The position numbers and the translations under genes are program-made. From Solirubrobacterales bacterium (GTDB taxonomy: Bacteria > Actinomycetota > Thermoleophilia > Solirubrobacterales > 70-9): a stretch of 64,000 nt of DNA. The stretch covers positions 209 to 64,208 of the forward strand of contig DASUQC010000026.1 of assembly GCA_036280745.1 (NCBI GenBank), in the 5' to 3' direction. Below, one piece after another: positions 63,215-64,000 of this stretch. Below the pieces are notes generated by a model. It had not been told where the DNA came from. It saw nothing but the letters and a program-made list of their open reading frames with translations, and did not search any database. The stretch's first letter is position 1, and each line of letters opens with the position of its first letter.

Positions 63215-64000
<786 letters not shown>

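Overview
This is a 64-kb window of a very high-G+C bacterial chromosome. Gene content suggests an Actinomycetota-like organism (dnaK-grpE-dnaJ-hspR-clpB operon, ino1 plus PIP synthase, LpqY/Sug-like ABC transporter), but that is inference only. Most of the window is densely packed housekeeping DNA. It holds lysS-prmC-lgt-argF, the heat-shock operon, and a purine regulon split into four blocks (purD-purE-purB, purC-purS-purQ-purL, purF, purN-purH). It also holds an inositol-lipid operon, a thiamine locus (TPP riboswitch, thiO, a thiS-thiG fusion, divergent thiE), a sugar ABC transporter, two TetR-controlled modules and two tRNA genes. Many long Arg/Ala/Gly/Pro-rich ORFs in the supplied track are antisense or off-frame shadows of real genes, which is typical of high G+C, and I ignored them. 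The track also omits ORFs that run off the window edges. I found two by hand: a 726-codon open frame on the minus strand from 2179 to position 1, and an lpdA-like 5' fragment at 63712-64000. The most interesting region is 1-4479. It has visibly lower G+C and ends exactly at the 3' end of an atypical tRNA gene. It carries a two-gene minus-strand operon plus a divergent orphan gene behind a 16-bp perfect palindrome. The first operon gene encodes a GHKL (RsbW/histidine-kinase-type) ATPase-like protein. The second encodes a very large protein with two tandem phosphoribosyltransferase-like PRPP-loop signatures. I could not match this pair to any named defence or toxin system, so I flag it as the best candidate for an undescribed conflict system. 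Secondary points include a PimA-N-domain::PHP phosphoesterase fusion in the inositol-lipid operon, a tRNA-like fragment nested in a 15-bp inverted repeat after purH, and crossing inverted repeats upstream of the GYD gene and purD. Others are a 16-bp inverted repeat bracketing the purN start, two paralogous tail-anchored coiled-coil proteins built on 21-bp tandem repeats, and the thiS-thiG fusion. All coordinates and motifs were read by hand from the sequence and ORF track. No database search was run.
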